Source: Ginglymostoma cirratum (lineage: Eukaryota). From it: a stretch of DNA of 64,000 bases. Shown piece after piece: positions 51,171-64,000 of this stretch. The notes below the pieces were generated by a model. The model had not been told where the DNA came from. It did no database searches and worked only from the letters and a program-made list of their open reading frames with translations. Each line of letters starts with the position of its first letter. Position 1 is the stretch's first letter. A program made the position numbers and the translations under genes. Where the stretch lies: NCBI GenBank assembly GCA_024137785.1, contig JAHRHZ010000250.1, forward strand, positions 788,515 to 852,514. The letters run 5' to 3'.

Positions 51171-51454
51171 CAGGAAAAAAAGTATCACTGCTCTCTACTT
51201 TCTGCTGCCTAGCCAAACTTCCACCCATACCTGTAATAACCTTTGAGATTGTACCTTTTCATATGTTTACTGGGAATACAGGTACAGTACCTACACCAGC
51301 TTCCTTTTCTTTCACAGCATGTTACTTGATCAAAGATATCCAACAAATTGGTGGAATGAATCTGCCCTTTTCGAAAACTATGTTGGCTTTGCCTGACTAA
51401 CTTGAACTCTTCTAAATGATCAGGTCTGCTATCTTTTGTAATAAACAAAAAAAC

Positions 51455-51700
51455 CCGAAACAACTGCAGATGCTGGAAATCGAACAAAAAAAAATGGAAA
51501 TTTCTGGGTGAACAACACAACGGGTCTTTCAGCATCTGTGGAGAGAAATCAATGTTGGCATTTATGGCCCAGCGACCCTTCATCGGAATTGAAGAATTTC
51601 AATTTTGAAGAAGAGTTACTGGACCCGAAATAAGACCTCTAATTTCTCTCCACCGATGCTGCCAGACCTGCTGAGTTTTTCCAGCAACTTCTGTTTTTGT
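51455..51700. mobile_element. Inverted pair of Penelope terminal repeats
   Basis: CAGCATCTGTGGAGAGAAAT...GACCCTTCATCGGAA followed by TTGAAGAAGAGTTACTGGACCCGAAA...CTCTCCACCGATGCTGCCAGACC. Confidence 0.75.
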
Positions 51701-53164
51701 ACTGCCATCCTTTGTATTAATTTCTAACATGCTTCCTACACCAGATATTAAACTAGAAGGTTGTTTTTTTCTTATTTCCTGCCCCCCATTTTTATATAAA
51801 GATCATAAATTTATTAATTCCAATCTAATGGATCCTTCTGCAAACATAGGTGATTTTGAAAAATTAAAACCAATGTTTTTTTTTTCAGAAGCCCCATCTT
51901 TCAAGGCCTTAGTATGAAATACATAAAATCTGCTACCCATTACCATGCATCATCTTCAATTTTTAAAGTGCAATTTCTCTGACAGATGTAATTTTCTTAA
52001 AGATCTTCCTCCCTTCCATTTCAGTTATGGATATACATTGGGTAATTGAGGCCGAAGTCCTCAGAGAGAAAAAAATGTGAGGCACTGAGAGAAATATTTG
52101 AAACGTGGGTGGTCGATAAAATAGGTAGAGTGGTTCTTTTTCCCTTATTTAAAGAAACAAGAACGATAGGGCAATTATTTAAAGTTTCTTGTAAACATAG
52201 CTCATGGGATGTGTGAAAAAAAATACTTCACATATTGAGTGCTTCATGACTGGAATTTACTGCCTGGAAATGTGTTGGAGGAAATGTCAACTGAGGCGTA
52301 CAAGATGTTATTGATTGGTAGAAAAACAGAAAATAGATAGCAAATAAATCGAAAAATTCTCAAGCGTTTGGCAGAAAAGCAGGAATTTACATGAATTGAT
52401 AATGTTTGTGGCAGAGCTAGTGCTGACATGTTGTGGCAACTGGCCTTCTTATCTGCTATAACCTTTCCATGGTTTCTTGATATGCTGAATTACAGCTATT
52501 ACTGGAATCCTATTTTAACCTCTACAATGAGGATCAACGAAATATGCATGCCCAATTCATGTGACATCTCCTTATTTCGCATTGTTAATTTGCCAAACTC
52601 AAATTTTCTTCGACCAACATTCACAATTTTAATGCTGTTCATTTCTCACGTCTATAGAATGTCATATGAACTTTATTTTTATATACTTGTGCCCCCGTTC
52701 TCGAATTTCTCCTGCTCATTCATCTTTCAATCTACCTTTATTTTAATCTGTCCAGTCGTCTAACTTGCCATCTAAATTTTTGCAATTAAAGACTTTACTA
52801 AAGTTTGATTCCATCGTCAGCATTTTCTACATGAACACAGATGTTGAATTCTCCCCTTGAATGTTTAAATTCTCATTAGAATGTATGCATTCTTTGTATT
52901 TTGAATAAACACTTTAATGTCTGCTGCTACCTCCTCTTTGACTTGTCCCCCGAATTAATTACTATGTTCACTTTAGTTTCATTTCTGAAGAATAATCATA
53001 TCAGTCTCGATAACTTGATAACTCTTAACTTGTTTTCATCTCCACCAATTCTGCCAGTTCCGTTATGTTTATCTAGCATTTTCAGCATTTTATTTCTCTT
53101 TAGCTAGGTTTGCTTTCATGTCCTCATTATTACCCTATGTTCAATGGAGAAACTTTCGTCTGAC

Positions 53165-53285
53165 CAAATCGACAATGATGTATCTATTTAATGAAATTTG
53201 TCACGCTGCAATAAAAATATCATTAGTTGACTGAAATAATAAACAAGTGTCTCATGAGTAATATTCAAGCCAAAGAAATGCCACG
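53165..53285 (+). pseudogene. Probable protocadherin EC3/EC4 junction fragment (likely the upstream part of exon B)
   Basis: CHAAIKISLVD*NN followed by GAAATGCCACG (E-N-A-T-like); cf. GHTQVRVTLIDVNDN...PENAT in the 42312 ORF. Confidence 0.5.
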
Positions 53286-53636
53286 CAAAAACTATCTCAA
53301 ATAAAAGACTCTCTCAACACGATCCCCTTGACAATCGGTGGCATTATCGTCACTGAATTCCCCACTATCGACATCTTGTAGTTACTAGCAACTCAACTGG
53401 ACTCGTCATAAGACATGCAATGTCTGCAATAGCACGTCAGAGCCACGTAATACTGCAGTGATTAATTCACCACCTGCCCTGACCACCCAAGACCTGTGGT
53501 CCATCTACAGGGCATAGGTCAGGAGTGTACTGGAATTGTCCTCACTGGTCCGAATGACTGCTTTTACAAAATCACTCAAGAAGCTTGAACGCCTGAGGTT
53601 GTAGACTGGCTCGCCAAGCCTGTGTGTTTGGTTGGA

Positions 53637-53670
53637 GACGTTTCTTCACCCTGTTAGGTAACATCAACAG
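53637..53670 (-). ncRNA. Degenerate hammerhead motif, second family
   Basis: Reverse complement CTGtTGA-TGTTACC(TAACAG)GGTGAA-GAAA-C-GTC. Confidence 0.5.
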
Positions 53671-54378
53671 TGAGAATTCACTTCCTTCTTTGTACGCGTG
53701 CATTGTCACAAGTGAGAATTGGCCGTGTCTCTTGGTGACTGGCTGGTATTCCTGTATCCTTGTTGACTGCTTTCTTCCAGTTTGACCAATGTAATGTTTT
53801 TTCACAGTCCTTGCTTGGTATTTTGTATATTACGTTAGTTTTATTGCTTGTGAATATGGGATCCTTTACATTCGCCCGTAACTATCGCAGTGTGTTTGTT
53901 GGTTAGTGGGCTACCCTCATACCTAGAGGACTGAGTAGTGGTCATCTCTGATATGTCTCTGATATACGGTAAGGTGAATAGTGTGTCTGGACATGTTGTG
54001 TCTTCGTGTTGCGGTCTGTCACGGAAGTAACAAAGCATTATGCAATTCAGCTATCCATTCCTTTTAAAAACTCCCTATATGTTCTCTTGTTCTGCTTTGC
54101 GCAATTCCGGACTGCTCAAGTGTGTTGTGGTCTTTTTGAAGAACGGAGCTGCGTCAGGAAGTCGACTGGGACAACACATGCATAATAGCACGAGCTAAAC
54201 AGACATGCCAGGGAATTCCTGGGGCCCTGGCATTCCAACTGGAACAACATCAACAAACACATTGAACTGGACCCGACATACAAATACTGAAAAGCAGAGT
54301 CGAAAGTAATGCCAAACCCCAGCAAACCGAAGCATCAAAATAACAAGCGGGATAGAACACCAACGGTTCACTGGAGGC

Positions 54379-54418
54379 GCACTGACGATGCTACCCAGCA
54401 GGGTGACAAAACGTCTGC
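54379..54418 (+). ncRNA. Minimal hammerhead ribozyme motif, second family, one core mutation
   Basis: GCA-CTGACGA-TGCTACCC(AGCA)GGGTGAC-aAAA-C-GTC-TGC; helix I GCA/TGC; GAAA reads AAAA. Confidence 0.6.
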
Positions 54419-55599
54419 AACCAAACACACCGGACTCAACGAGCAATTCTGCAACCTCAAGTTTGACACCATCTAAAGCAAAGCAGTAGGTTTGATTGTA
54501 ACGATATCAACAACAGCCCACTTGCTCCACCACTGACCTTAGTAGCAATAGTGTGTACTTTCCATTAGATGTAGAAATTCGTCAAAGATCCTTGGACAGC
54601 TCCTCACAAGCCAATTACCACTCCATATGGAAGGACAAGGCATCACAAGCATGGGAACGTGGACATATGGCAGTTTTTGGCCATTAATGAGGTTAGTACC
54701 TGAGAAACGGTTTCAACAAATTTGGAGGAGACATTATGCTCGAGCAGGTGGCAGATGTTAAACTGTAAATGGGGCCTTGTCGGGGTCAGTCAGTCTGGCG
54801 GGGACAGATCTGTAATTTATGGGAAGGTGTTTGGCTTTTGGTTCTCCAGAACGGAAGTCTGAAATCTGTCTGCCTAACTTCCCGTTTTCAGCTACTGGAC
54901 GTTCAGCAAAGAGAAAATAGAGTTATAACTATCAGTGAATTCCTCTGGGTGAATTTTAAAAAGTGGCACTGGTGGACGTCTGAGAAGATCAACGAAGAAA
55001 TAATCGTCTACCCCTATGACACAACGTGCTATGAAAACCACCTATGCAATCTGGCCAGTTTTTGTCATTTTATTTTATTTATCCTCTAACTGTGTTTGTT
55101 TGTTAGTCTGGATTTTGTGTGAATGGAACTGAAAAGAAAAGTTATTAGGTTTAAATATAGATATCAGTTTGATTACTTGGTTGTTTAATTTTGTTCTGGT
55201 GAAGTTACTGTAGTGTTATTAAATTGTCAAGTGTTTTAATAAAGCTATAAACTGCTGTCGAGAATTAAGTATTTCCACTGTTGGGGTAGGTCATTTAAAA
55301 ACGTCTAGTTAAGAACCATTGGGTAATTTTTGCGTTTCTCTAAAAGTTTTAATTTTATTGTGTTGCGAATTTGGGGTTGAAAGACTAATTTGGTTCTGGG
55401 CCTAGTTCCCTTTCATACAACGTGGACTGCAGCGTTTCAAGAATACAGCTCACCACCACCTTCTCAAATGCAACGAAATACCGGCAACAAATTCTAGCCA
55501 ACTAGCAACACCCGCAATACTCAAATTACTTCAGAAACAGTATCTGAAATGCTTAAGGTTAGTCACAAAATGGTGGTAGGGAGAGAATCGCGGCTGTAC

Positions 55600-58497
55600 C
55601 AGCTGCTCTTGTTTTTGAGGGTTTTCAGTGGTGGAGCTGATTTCCTCGATTTCTTGGAGAAGTATTTTTAATTTTTGCTTTTGGAACTTTAAAAAAAAAT
55701 CAAAAACAACGTAACTTTAAATGGAAGGAAAGGAGAGAGCAGGAGTTTCCGAAGAGAACCACTTGGGAGGCCCGAGAACGGTCTCGAGTTAAAAAAAAAC
55801 GGAGAAGTGAACTTTCACAGATGGCTGACTGAGAATTTGCGAGCTTACAAGCATAGCTGGAAATCGGAGTTTGGTCCATGGAAAGCAAATAAACAGTGAA
55901 ATTTCACAGCTGACCTTAGACAGACGTCATTATGGGTCCAACACATATATGGGACTGTCAGAATTTCGTTGATCAGCTAAGTATTTCTTTTTAAGATTTA
56001 GAAAACTTATAAATCTTGGGTTTATTTTTGCAAATCGACAAAAGTGTGTAGAGTGTTTTTTTATGTGCGTTTTACTGAGATCTGTCTTTTGTTTCTTTTT
56101 ATGTTATAAAGCACAGGTAATATGTTATACCAGAGCAGTGTTTTTGGACCGTGATTGTAGATTGTGCTACTTTGTGGGTCTGTAGATTAAGGTACAGAGA
56201 TAGCCTTTAGTGCAGTGCTGTGCTCTTCCATTTGGATGTGGGATATTAGGGAGAATTTCAATGTTCTGATCATTGAGTAAGTGCATTTGGTGTGTATCCT
56301 ATTGGATCATATATATCAGTTGAGCCACAATTAGAGACAATGAGGAATTTACGCAAAACAGGGGGTATGATATATCGAAGTTTCAAGAGGGTACAAAACC
56401 CGCAGATACAGTCAGATAGATGTATTGCCTCTAGGAAAGGTGGGAGAGGTGGGCAGGTAGTGCAGGAGTCTGTTGTGGCTATCGCTACCTCAAAAAAGAT
56501 TGCTGTTTTGAATAAGGTAGAGGCTGATAGACTTTCACGGAAATGCAGTTCTAACAGCCAACTTTCTCGCACCGATACTGGCTCGATTGTCATGAGGGGG
56601 ATGTCAGGTTCCAAGTAATCGACTGTAATAGGGGGCTGTCTAAATAGGAGCACAGATAGATGTTTCTGCGGCCGACAGTGGGACATTAGAATGGTGTGTC
56701 ACCTATTTGGTGCGAGGATAAAGGATGTCTGGAAGAGCGTGTAAAATACTCTTGAACGGGGAGTTACCAGCGTGAGGTCATTGCACATGTTGGTCCTAAC
56801 AACATAGCAAGAGAAAGGGTCGAGATGCTGAAGAGAAAATATGGGAAATTAAAAGGAGGTTAAAAGCATGTGCTTCATGGCATTAATATGTGGATTACTC
56901 CCCGTGCCACATGCACGTGAGAATAGGAATAAGACGATTGAGCGCATGAATGTTTGGCAGAAGAGTTGCTGCAGGGAGCAAAGATTCACATTTTTGGCTC
57001 GTTGGAAACTCTTCTGGAGTAGAAATGACCTGCACAAGAAGGACTTTCTGCAGCTGAATTAAAAGGGGGCTAAAATCCTGGCAGGAGCATTTGTTAGTGT
57101 TACTTGTGAGATTTTAAAGTAGTGGGGGCGGGGGAGGAAAGAGAGAGACCCAAAGGGACAGTGGGAAAAGTGATTAGTCCACGCTGGTACAGTTGAGAAG
57201 AGAAGCAAGTCTAATTGTCAAGGAAGGCAAGAGCAAGGCAGAGATCGAAGGAAGACTGATAAATTAAACTGCATTTATTTCAATGCAAGTGACCTGACGG
57301 GTAAGGCAGATGAACGCAGGGCATGGTTGGGAACATGGGACTGGAATATCGTAGCTAATATAGAAACATGGCTCAGAGAAACTAAGCTTAATATTCCAGG
57401 GCATAGATGATTTAAGAAGGATAGAAAAGGGAGGAAGATAGGAGGCGAGTAGCATTTTTGGTTAGAGGTAACATTATGGATCTACTGAGGGAGGATATAA
57501 GTCCATTGAATTTTTGGGTGGAACTGAGAAATACCAAAGTGATGGTCAATTTGTTGGGATTGTACTATTGCCCCGAATCCCCCTACCCGTCCCACCCCCC
57601 AGTAGGGCGATAATGAGAAGCAAATTTATAAGGTGATCTCAGATATCTGTAAGAATGATCTGCTTGTAATGGGAGAGGATTTTAAATTTCCAAACATTAA
57701 CTGGGTCTGCCATAGTGTTAAGGGCTTGGATGGAGAGGAACCTCCTAAGTGTGTAGAAGAAAATATTTTTATTCAGTATGTAGATGAACCTACTGGAGAA
57801 GGATCAAAATTTGACCTTTTCTTGGGAAATAAGGCAGGGCAGATGACTGTGATGTTCGTGGGGATGCACTTTAGAGCCAGTGATCATATTTCTATTAGTT
57901 TTAAAATAATCATGGAAAAGGATAACTCTGATTTAAAAATTAAAGTTCTACTTTAGAGGAGGGCAATTTTGACTTTATTAGGCAAGAACTTTCAAAAGTT
58001 GGTGGGCAGACGCTATTCGCAGGTAAAGGAGTGGTCGGAGAGTGGGAGGCCTTCGAATATGAAAGAACAAGAATCCAGAGCCAGTATGCTCCTATTAGTG
58101 TGAAGAGAAAGGATGGTAGGTGTTGTCAAACGTTCTTGATATATGGTAGTGTGGCCAGTCTTTGGGGGCGTACTATGTCCTCTTGGCATTGTCTATCTAA
58201 TGGTATGATAACCAGCCAGCTCGGCGAGCAAGCCAACAACCTCACCCACAACACGAGCTACAACCCTTTGCAAGCACCTTAAATAGTCGGAGTATACACA
58301 AGAGGAAAATCAGAAGGGCAAAAAGTGGTCATGTAATAACTTTGGCAAATACAGTTAAGGAGAATCCAAAGAGATTCCAAAATTACAAAACAGCAACTAG
58401 GGAGAGAAAAGGGCCTCTTAAAGTTCAATAAGACCGTTCATGTACGAGACCAGAAGGAATGGTGAGATAAGAAACGAGTAATTTGCGTCAATATTTA
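55600..58497 (+). mobile_element. CR1 LINE 5' portion: ORF1 (SGNH-esterase-like) and ORF2 endonuclease remnants
   Basis: VIGGCLNRSTDR (GDS block) at about 56625; IAHVGPNNI at about 56780; CIYFNAS at about 57270; MGEDFKFPNINW and PTGEGSKFDLFL in ORF 57633; short Penelope fragment at about 58125-58270. Confidence 0.85.
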
Positions 58498-58930
58498 CCC
58501 AGAACAATGATTACAGTAATTACTATGATGGACTTAGCTTCAGAAGGCAGTGAACGAACCATTTGCCATATTCCTATTCGCCTTCCATTTTGACTGAGAT
58601 GCAATTATAAAGCTTTCTACACCTTATTGACTAGCGATATGCTAGACCAAGAAACCATGTCTAAATATTACATTGGCATTTCATGCAAACACATTGGGTT
58701 CCCTCCTCATTTCACGAACAAGACCATAGAATTTCATGTGACAGACTTTATTGTCAACCCGTTACATTTTTGCAAACTTCTTACAGGAGTTATGTTGTAG
58801 AAAACAACATTGCTGAAACTTTTTTTCGGTAATTGCACTTGACTCATACTTAGACAAAAACTCCAAAATTTTCTTCTCTACATTGGACAGTCGGCCTGGG
58901 GACGTTTCGGTTTTATCATACGTTTCCAGG
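58498..58930 (+). pseudogene. Decayed protocadherin variable exon B, EC4 to start of EC5
   Basis: TMITVITMMDLASEGSERTICHIPIRLPF*LRCNYKAFYTLLTSDMLDQETMSKYYIGISCKHIGFPPHFTNKTIEFHVTD...QTSYRSYVVENN...VIALDSYLDKNSKI; collinear with EC4/EC5 of the intact ORFs; TGA at 58591. Confidence 0.9.
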
Positions 58931-59399
58931 TTTCGAGAAGATTTGCAGCTCGGGTTATGGATGAGGTTGTAGACATGCTCGCCGAGCCGGTGGGTTTGGT
59001 TGCAATCGGTTTTTATTCTTTATTCATTAACGGAATGAGGGCGTCACATTCTAGGTAGCATTTACTGCCCATCCCTATTTGCCCAGAGGGCAGATCAGCG
59101 TCAACCACTTTGCTGTGGATCCGGAATCACATGTAGGCCAGACGAGGTTAGGATGGCAGTTTTCCTTCCCTAAAGGACATACCTGAACCGGGTGGGCTCC
59201 CTAGTTCTCCCAATTAACGGTCCAGCCACGAAGTCATTGCCTCCCCCAATTTAGTATGTTTGTTGATAGAGTTCCTGTTAGAATATCAGGCCTCGAGGAA
59301 TTCCCTGACGCGTCTTTTTTTTTTTGGCTTGTGCGATTATGGATGTGGTGTCCCAGTCAAATTCGTGTCCCTCGTTCTCCCTCTGTAGTGAGACAAGTC

Positions 59400-59700
59400 T
59401 TATTGTGACAGATAATGGATAATGGAGATCCAGTCTACCAAGCTCTACAACTATCCAACCTTCTCTCACAGACACCAATACTGAAGGAAATTCTGGGCTT
59501 AGGAGTGTTCCCAAATCGAAGGCACTTTAGTCAGATCCAGCCTTTTATATAATAATGTTTTTGGATACAATCACACTACTTGTTATGATTAGTGTAATTG
59601 TTCTTACTGCTTTGCTTTGTCACACATACAGTGGCAGACATCTTACGAATTGTTGCTACAAAACAACAAAATAACAAACACGAGGAGATCATAAATCCCC
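59400..59700 (+). pseudogene. Decayed protocadherin variable exon B, end of EC6, TM and juxtamembrane region
   Basis: VTDNG..SLPSSTTIQPSLTDTNTE...L*SDPAFYIIMFLDTITLLVMISVIVLTALLC...NCCY; collinear with VSDNGQPSLSSTVSIQ...FSDLNFLLIIIFG; TAG at 59528. Confidence 0.88.
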
Positions 59701-62700
59701 AAATTAGTTTTTAGCTCGCTGCTAAATCTAACTTGCTTTGTCATTGTATTGAAGTTTGTGGTACAGGGCCCTTTTCCCAAACGCATAGTTATAAGTTATC
59801 TTCGGAGGAAACAACATCCCTTGGTAAGGCTCTTATGTCTCGATAACGTGAGCCCACAGAAATTAGCAATTACCTTAAAAGCGTTGACACATTTTTTTCA
59901 GAATGGATTGTTAGAGCAACAAATAACTTGAGCAATGATGCTGATGGGGTAAGATACAAACTTCAATAATTGATGTGTAACAATTAATTTTGCTTACCCT
60001 ATGATATTAAATGGTCACAATTGTATGTTCTTAATTGTCATGAATACAAAATGCATTCAACATATAAAATAAGATAAAATAAAGGAATTATATAGCTTTA
60101 TATATATGCTTGGACTGTAACGTCACTTTATGTCTTTCTTTCATCTTTAATGCGATCGAAGAATAAATGTGTAAGCAGAAGTGTGGAGTTATGACCACAG
60201 TCGTGTTAAACATGATTTTACGGATTGCCACAGCAAGTTTGATGGCAGAGATAGCATATTCCTTCTTTAATTTCTTATGTTCCAATCCTCGCTGAATTAT
60301 CATGGCAGCAACGTCTTCTGTTAAGTTAATGGCCACTAACATAATTAATGTGGCCCTAATAAAAAACGTTAAAAGCAATTCAAGTTGTAATACCATGTCA
60401 TTTTCTATCTATACTTGTAATCCCAGTGCTTTATGAGGTGCTCATGATATATTTGTTTCTTATGCTTCTCAAATATTGATGATAAGAAGAATATCATTTT
60501 CCCAGGAGGCAGCGTGCACCACAATGCAACTCCCCAACCATTTCTGGAAATTGGTCCGAGGGCATGGGTAATCTGCCAACATCAAGGACACTTTCATGTG
60601 CCGATTGTTAAAGGGAAATTCAATTTCTTACATTCCGGAATGGTAAATAGAAGAACATACGAAACGGAAACTGAAATGGATCATTTTGCATGTTTCACGA
60701 ATCAAAATGATCGTAGCCGACTTAATTTTGGCTTTAGTTCTATTTAGTGGCCTTTTCCCTGTAACTAATGACTCTCATTGTTATAGATCAGACCAAAACC
60801 TCTCAAAATATATTAGGGAGATAGCTTAGACCCTAACATTTAGCGTAAGAGTAAGGAGCTGTGTTGCAAGTCTGATTCGATTGGTCCACTAAACCTTACC
60901 TTTAAACATTCACCTCCACTGGCGAAACTACAAAGCTTTGAGTTCTTGTCTGCCTCCTGTTTTGTCACATGCTGTGTTACTCTTAAATGCTGTCTAGACA
61001 ACTCACCCACTCTTTAATCTCTCCCGAAAACTTAATGCATAGTCCAGATAAGTGGTCTCTGAACGCTGTCTCACTAATTTCTCCTTAATTAATGTCAGTG
61101 GTCCTCCCACCTCATAAATGTAAATTAATTCAAATGGACTCTATTTCGTTGATTGATCATGTGCATCTCTAATTGCAAAAATTACAAATGGAATTTCTTT
61201 AATCCAACCCTCTGGATAGCGTTGACTATAGGCCCGCAACATGGCCTTTAAAGTTTGATGCCAATGTTCTAGCGCACACTGCAATTCTGTAAGGGATGCA
61301 GTTGATTTAAATTGTTTTACTTCTCAGCCAATCATAATTTGGAGAATAACTTTGACGTAAAATTTGATCCTTGATCTGATTGTATCTCTGTGGGTAGGCC
61401 ATATTTTGTTCTAAAAAGAGCAACTTTTCTATAATACTTTCAGCCCTGATGTTGCACAGTGGAATGGCCTCTCGAAATTTAGAAGACACTTACATTATGG
61501 TCAACAAATAGTGATTCCCACTTTTTTTTGTTTTAGAGAGGAGTCTTACGTAATCATTTAAGACTCTTGTAAAAGTTTCCTCAAATGCCAGAATGGGTAC
61601 TAAGGATGCTAGTTTTCTCACTGCTTGAGGTTTTCCTGTACCTTGGCATGTGGGATATGTGCAGCAAAATTTAACAGCACATGTATGCAGTCCAGTCCAA
61701 TGGAAATTTTTGTATTTTGTCTTGAGCTTTCCTTACTCCTCTACTCACAAAAACTGATTCGGCAAATGTGATGCTTACAAGTTGTTTTATGGATGCCAAT
61801 GGAAGTGTCTGACGACTCAACTTGCTAATGCACCGAGCTGGGCAGAATGATGCAATTGGCAGCAGTTGCCACGGTCAGCCTGGCAGCGATATAATTATCC
61901 AGCTTAATGTTTGACTTTGAAAACAGAGAACAACAGAATTCAGAGTCAGGAGATAAGGTACTTTTTTGACAACTGGAACACTGCACGGGGATCGTCCTTT
62001 CAAGATTTTGTTTAGGTCTATCACATCAACAACAACAGTTAATATCTATGCCCTTCATAAGATGTTGGTAAACTGCTCATTTGGAAAACACTGAGCACAC
62101 TATCATCTGAGACCGAGTATTCCTAGAGTTATTCGAAAATATAATGTTCTCTTTTTAAGGTATGCACACTACCCTCAATTTAGCTGACTTTCAAACCAAT
62201 GTTGAGAGAAAGCAAGGACCAAGTTTCCGAATAAAACAAGACTTATTATTTATTAGAAGTAGACTGTCGTGACAAATAAACAGTTATAAACCACTGACAT
62301 GAGCCATGATGAACTAAAGCTTCCACCCCTATACAACATACTCATCCGCCTTATGCACATTCACTCTCACAGGCAAACAAATAGGGACATGGATTTTTGG
62401 ACCATGTAGAGGAAAACTAGATTTTCCTTGGTCTTCCTTCCCCATTTCCGAAGTTGGAATGATATTTTTCCACTGGCCAAGCCCTTGTTGTTCAGATGAT
62501 ATTCTACAGAGGTTTTTACTCATTATAAGAAGTACAGAATGATGAATTCACTTGGAAGATGCCTCAGATTTATATACTCGAAATCACAACTCACACGAAC
62601 TGCTGAAGGAAAGGCAGCTTGTTATCGTCAAGTTGAAACTGAATTTTTAAAAAAAAACCTACAGATAACAGGCATTTTCTGTTGAGAAAATAGCATACCC

Positions 62701-63159
62701 TTCTGTGTCTTTCAGTGTATGCATACATTTGTTCCTTTGAAACGTATTCTCAGTTCCAACCTATAGAGATAGACGAGAAAAAAAAATCAGCATTACTTGT
62801 AAACAACTCCTCGGTGCCTAATTGCCTGCATACAATTTTTTTATGCATTGGATATTTTTGACCAACCATCCACCCGTTGTTAATTTTCATCTTGTTTCCA
62901 TCACCCTTGTTCATGTGCTGTTAAGTGCTTTACTTGTTGTCCATTATTCCTGTATAAGCAAGACAACAATTTTTCTTTGCTGGTGGCAAATTTAATTAAA
63001 TTGAAACAAAATATAAGTTTTCATTCTCAAAAATCTATTCCTATTTGCTGTTTCATTCCTCTACGCAAATGTCTGCTCCCTGTGTCGTTTATTCTTAGCA
63101 GTTTTGTAACCACGCTCTTGTTTTACTCCACTGCTCTGGAAGATGCTGACTCCTTGTTA

Positions 63160-63790
63160 GAATATAGAGGCATCGCGTCACGCAATACGGAACATACCCT
63201 TCAATCCAACCAGTCCAGGCCGAGCATAATCCCAGACTAAACAATCCCACCTGCCCGTTCCTGGCCCATATCCTTCTAAACCTTTCCTATTCATATTCTT
63301 ATCCAAATGTTTTTTAAACGTTGGAACTGTGCCCACAACTACCACTTCCTCAGGAAGTTCATTCTACATGCGAACGATCCACTGCATAAAAAGATTGCTA
63401 CCCGCAATATCTTATTTTCAAATCTCTCTCCTCTCACTTTAAAAGTGTGCCCTGTTGTCTTGAAATCCCCCACAGTAGGGAAAAGACACCTACCAGCAAC
63501 ACTATGTATACCCCTCATGATTTTATAAACGTCTAGAAGATCACGTCTCAACCTCCTACGCTCCAGCGAAAAGGCCCCAGCCTATCCACCCTTCCTTTAT
63601 AACTCAAACCTTCCATACCCAAAGCATCCTAGTAAATCTCTTCTGAACCCTCTCCAGCTTAATAATGCTATTCCTATAACTGAGCGACCAGACTGGACAC
63701 AGCACTCCAGAAGAGGCTCACCAATGTCCTGTAGAACCTTAACACGACTTTCGAACTCCTGCACTTGAAGCTGTAGGACTTCCATGCAAG
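63160..63790 (-). mobile_element. CR1 LINE 3' fragment
   Basis: RRDLLDVYKIMRGI and PLLECCVQ in the minus-strand ORFs; 3' UTR at 63165-63300. Confidence 0.88.
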
Positions 63791-64000
63791 CTAGTTTCCT
63801 TTTTACCATCTCTTTCTCCTCTAATACAAGTTTGCTTTCCTTCCAACGATTTCGCTAACAGATCCGTCATAATTTGTGGAACGTAGTTTTCTTCTTCAAT
63901 TGTCCAAGCCATTGAAACATTTGACTTTGCAATCGGTTTTTTTAAGTACCATTGGCAATATTAATTTTTCCGTGTTACTTCTTCAAATCATCACTTCAAG

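Larger units (their letters stand above)
53592..54460 (-). mobile_element. Penelope-like element of a second family: GIY-YIG 3' part plus inverted pLTR
   Basis: KHYIGQTGRKQSTRIQEY and TLPYIRDISEMT in the minus-strand ORFs; terminal 53597-53670 and 54380-54460 are inverted relatives. Confidence 0.85.
53290..55525 (+). mobile_element. L2/CR1-clade LINE 3' fragment split by a Penelope insertion and an unidentified insert of about 750 bp
   Basis: Pieces 53290-53590, 54460-54660 and 55420-55525 are collinear with 35000-35715. Confidence 0.65.

Noticed and set aside
60100-60850. Scattered Pcdh-like codon traces (GAHDIFV at about 60437, SLD at about 60825)
   Set aside because: Too short and inconsistently spaced to support by eye; needs a profile search.

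Overview
AT-rich, repeat-dense vertebrate genomic DNA. The repeat families (HE1-like SINEs, CR1/L2-clade LINEs, several Penelope-like element families) point to a shark or other elasmobranch; this is inference. The window lies in the variable region of a clustered protocadherin locus. It has two intact single-ORF protocadherin exons on the + strand (11981-14362 and 42312-44828), each with signal peptide, six cadherin repeats, TM segment and short cytoplasmic tail. Each is preceded about 270 bp upstream by a CGCT/CCAAT conserved sequence element (CSE), and the two promoters share a further motif, GAGATCTACCC, at identical spacing. Hand translation shows at least two clear decayed protocadherin exons (about 32.9-33.8 kb and 58.5-59.7 kb) and several weaker candidates, fragmented by nested transposon insertions. 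The Penelope terminal repeats carry three sequence families of minimal hammerhead-ribozyme motifs, mostly decayed and a few near-intact. No constant-region exons, rRNA or genuine tRNA genes were seen. Repeat boundaries are approximate, read by eye.
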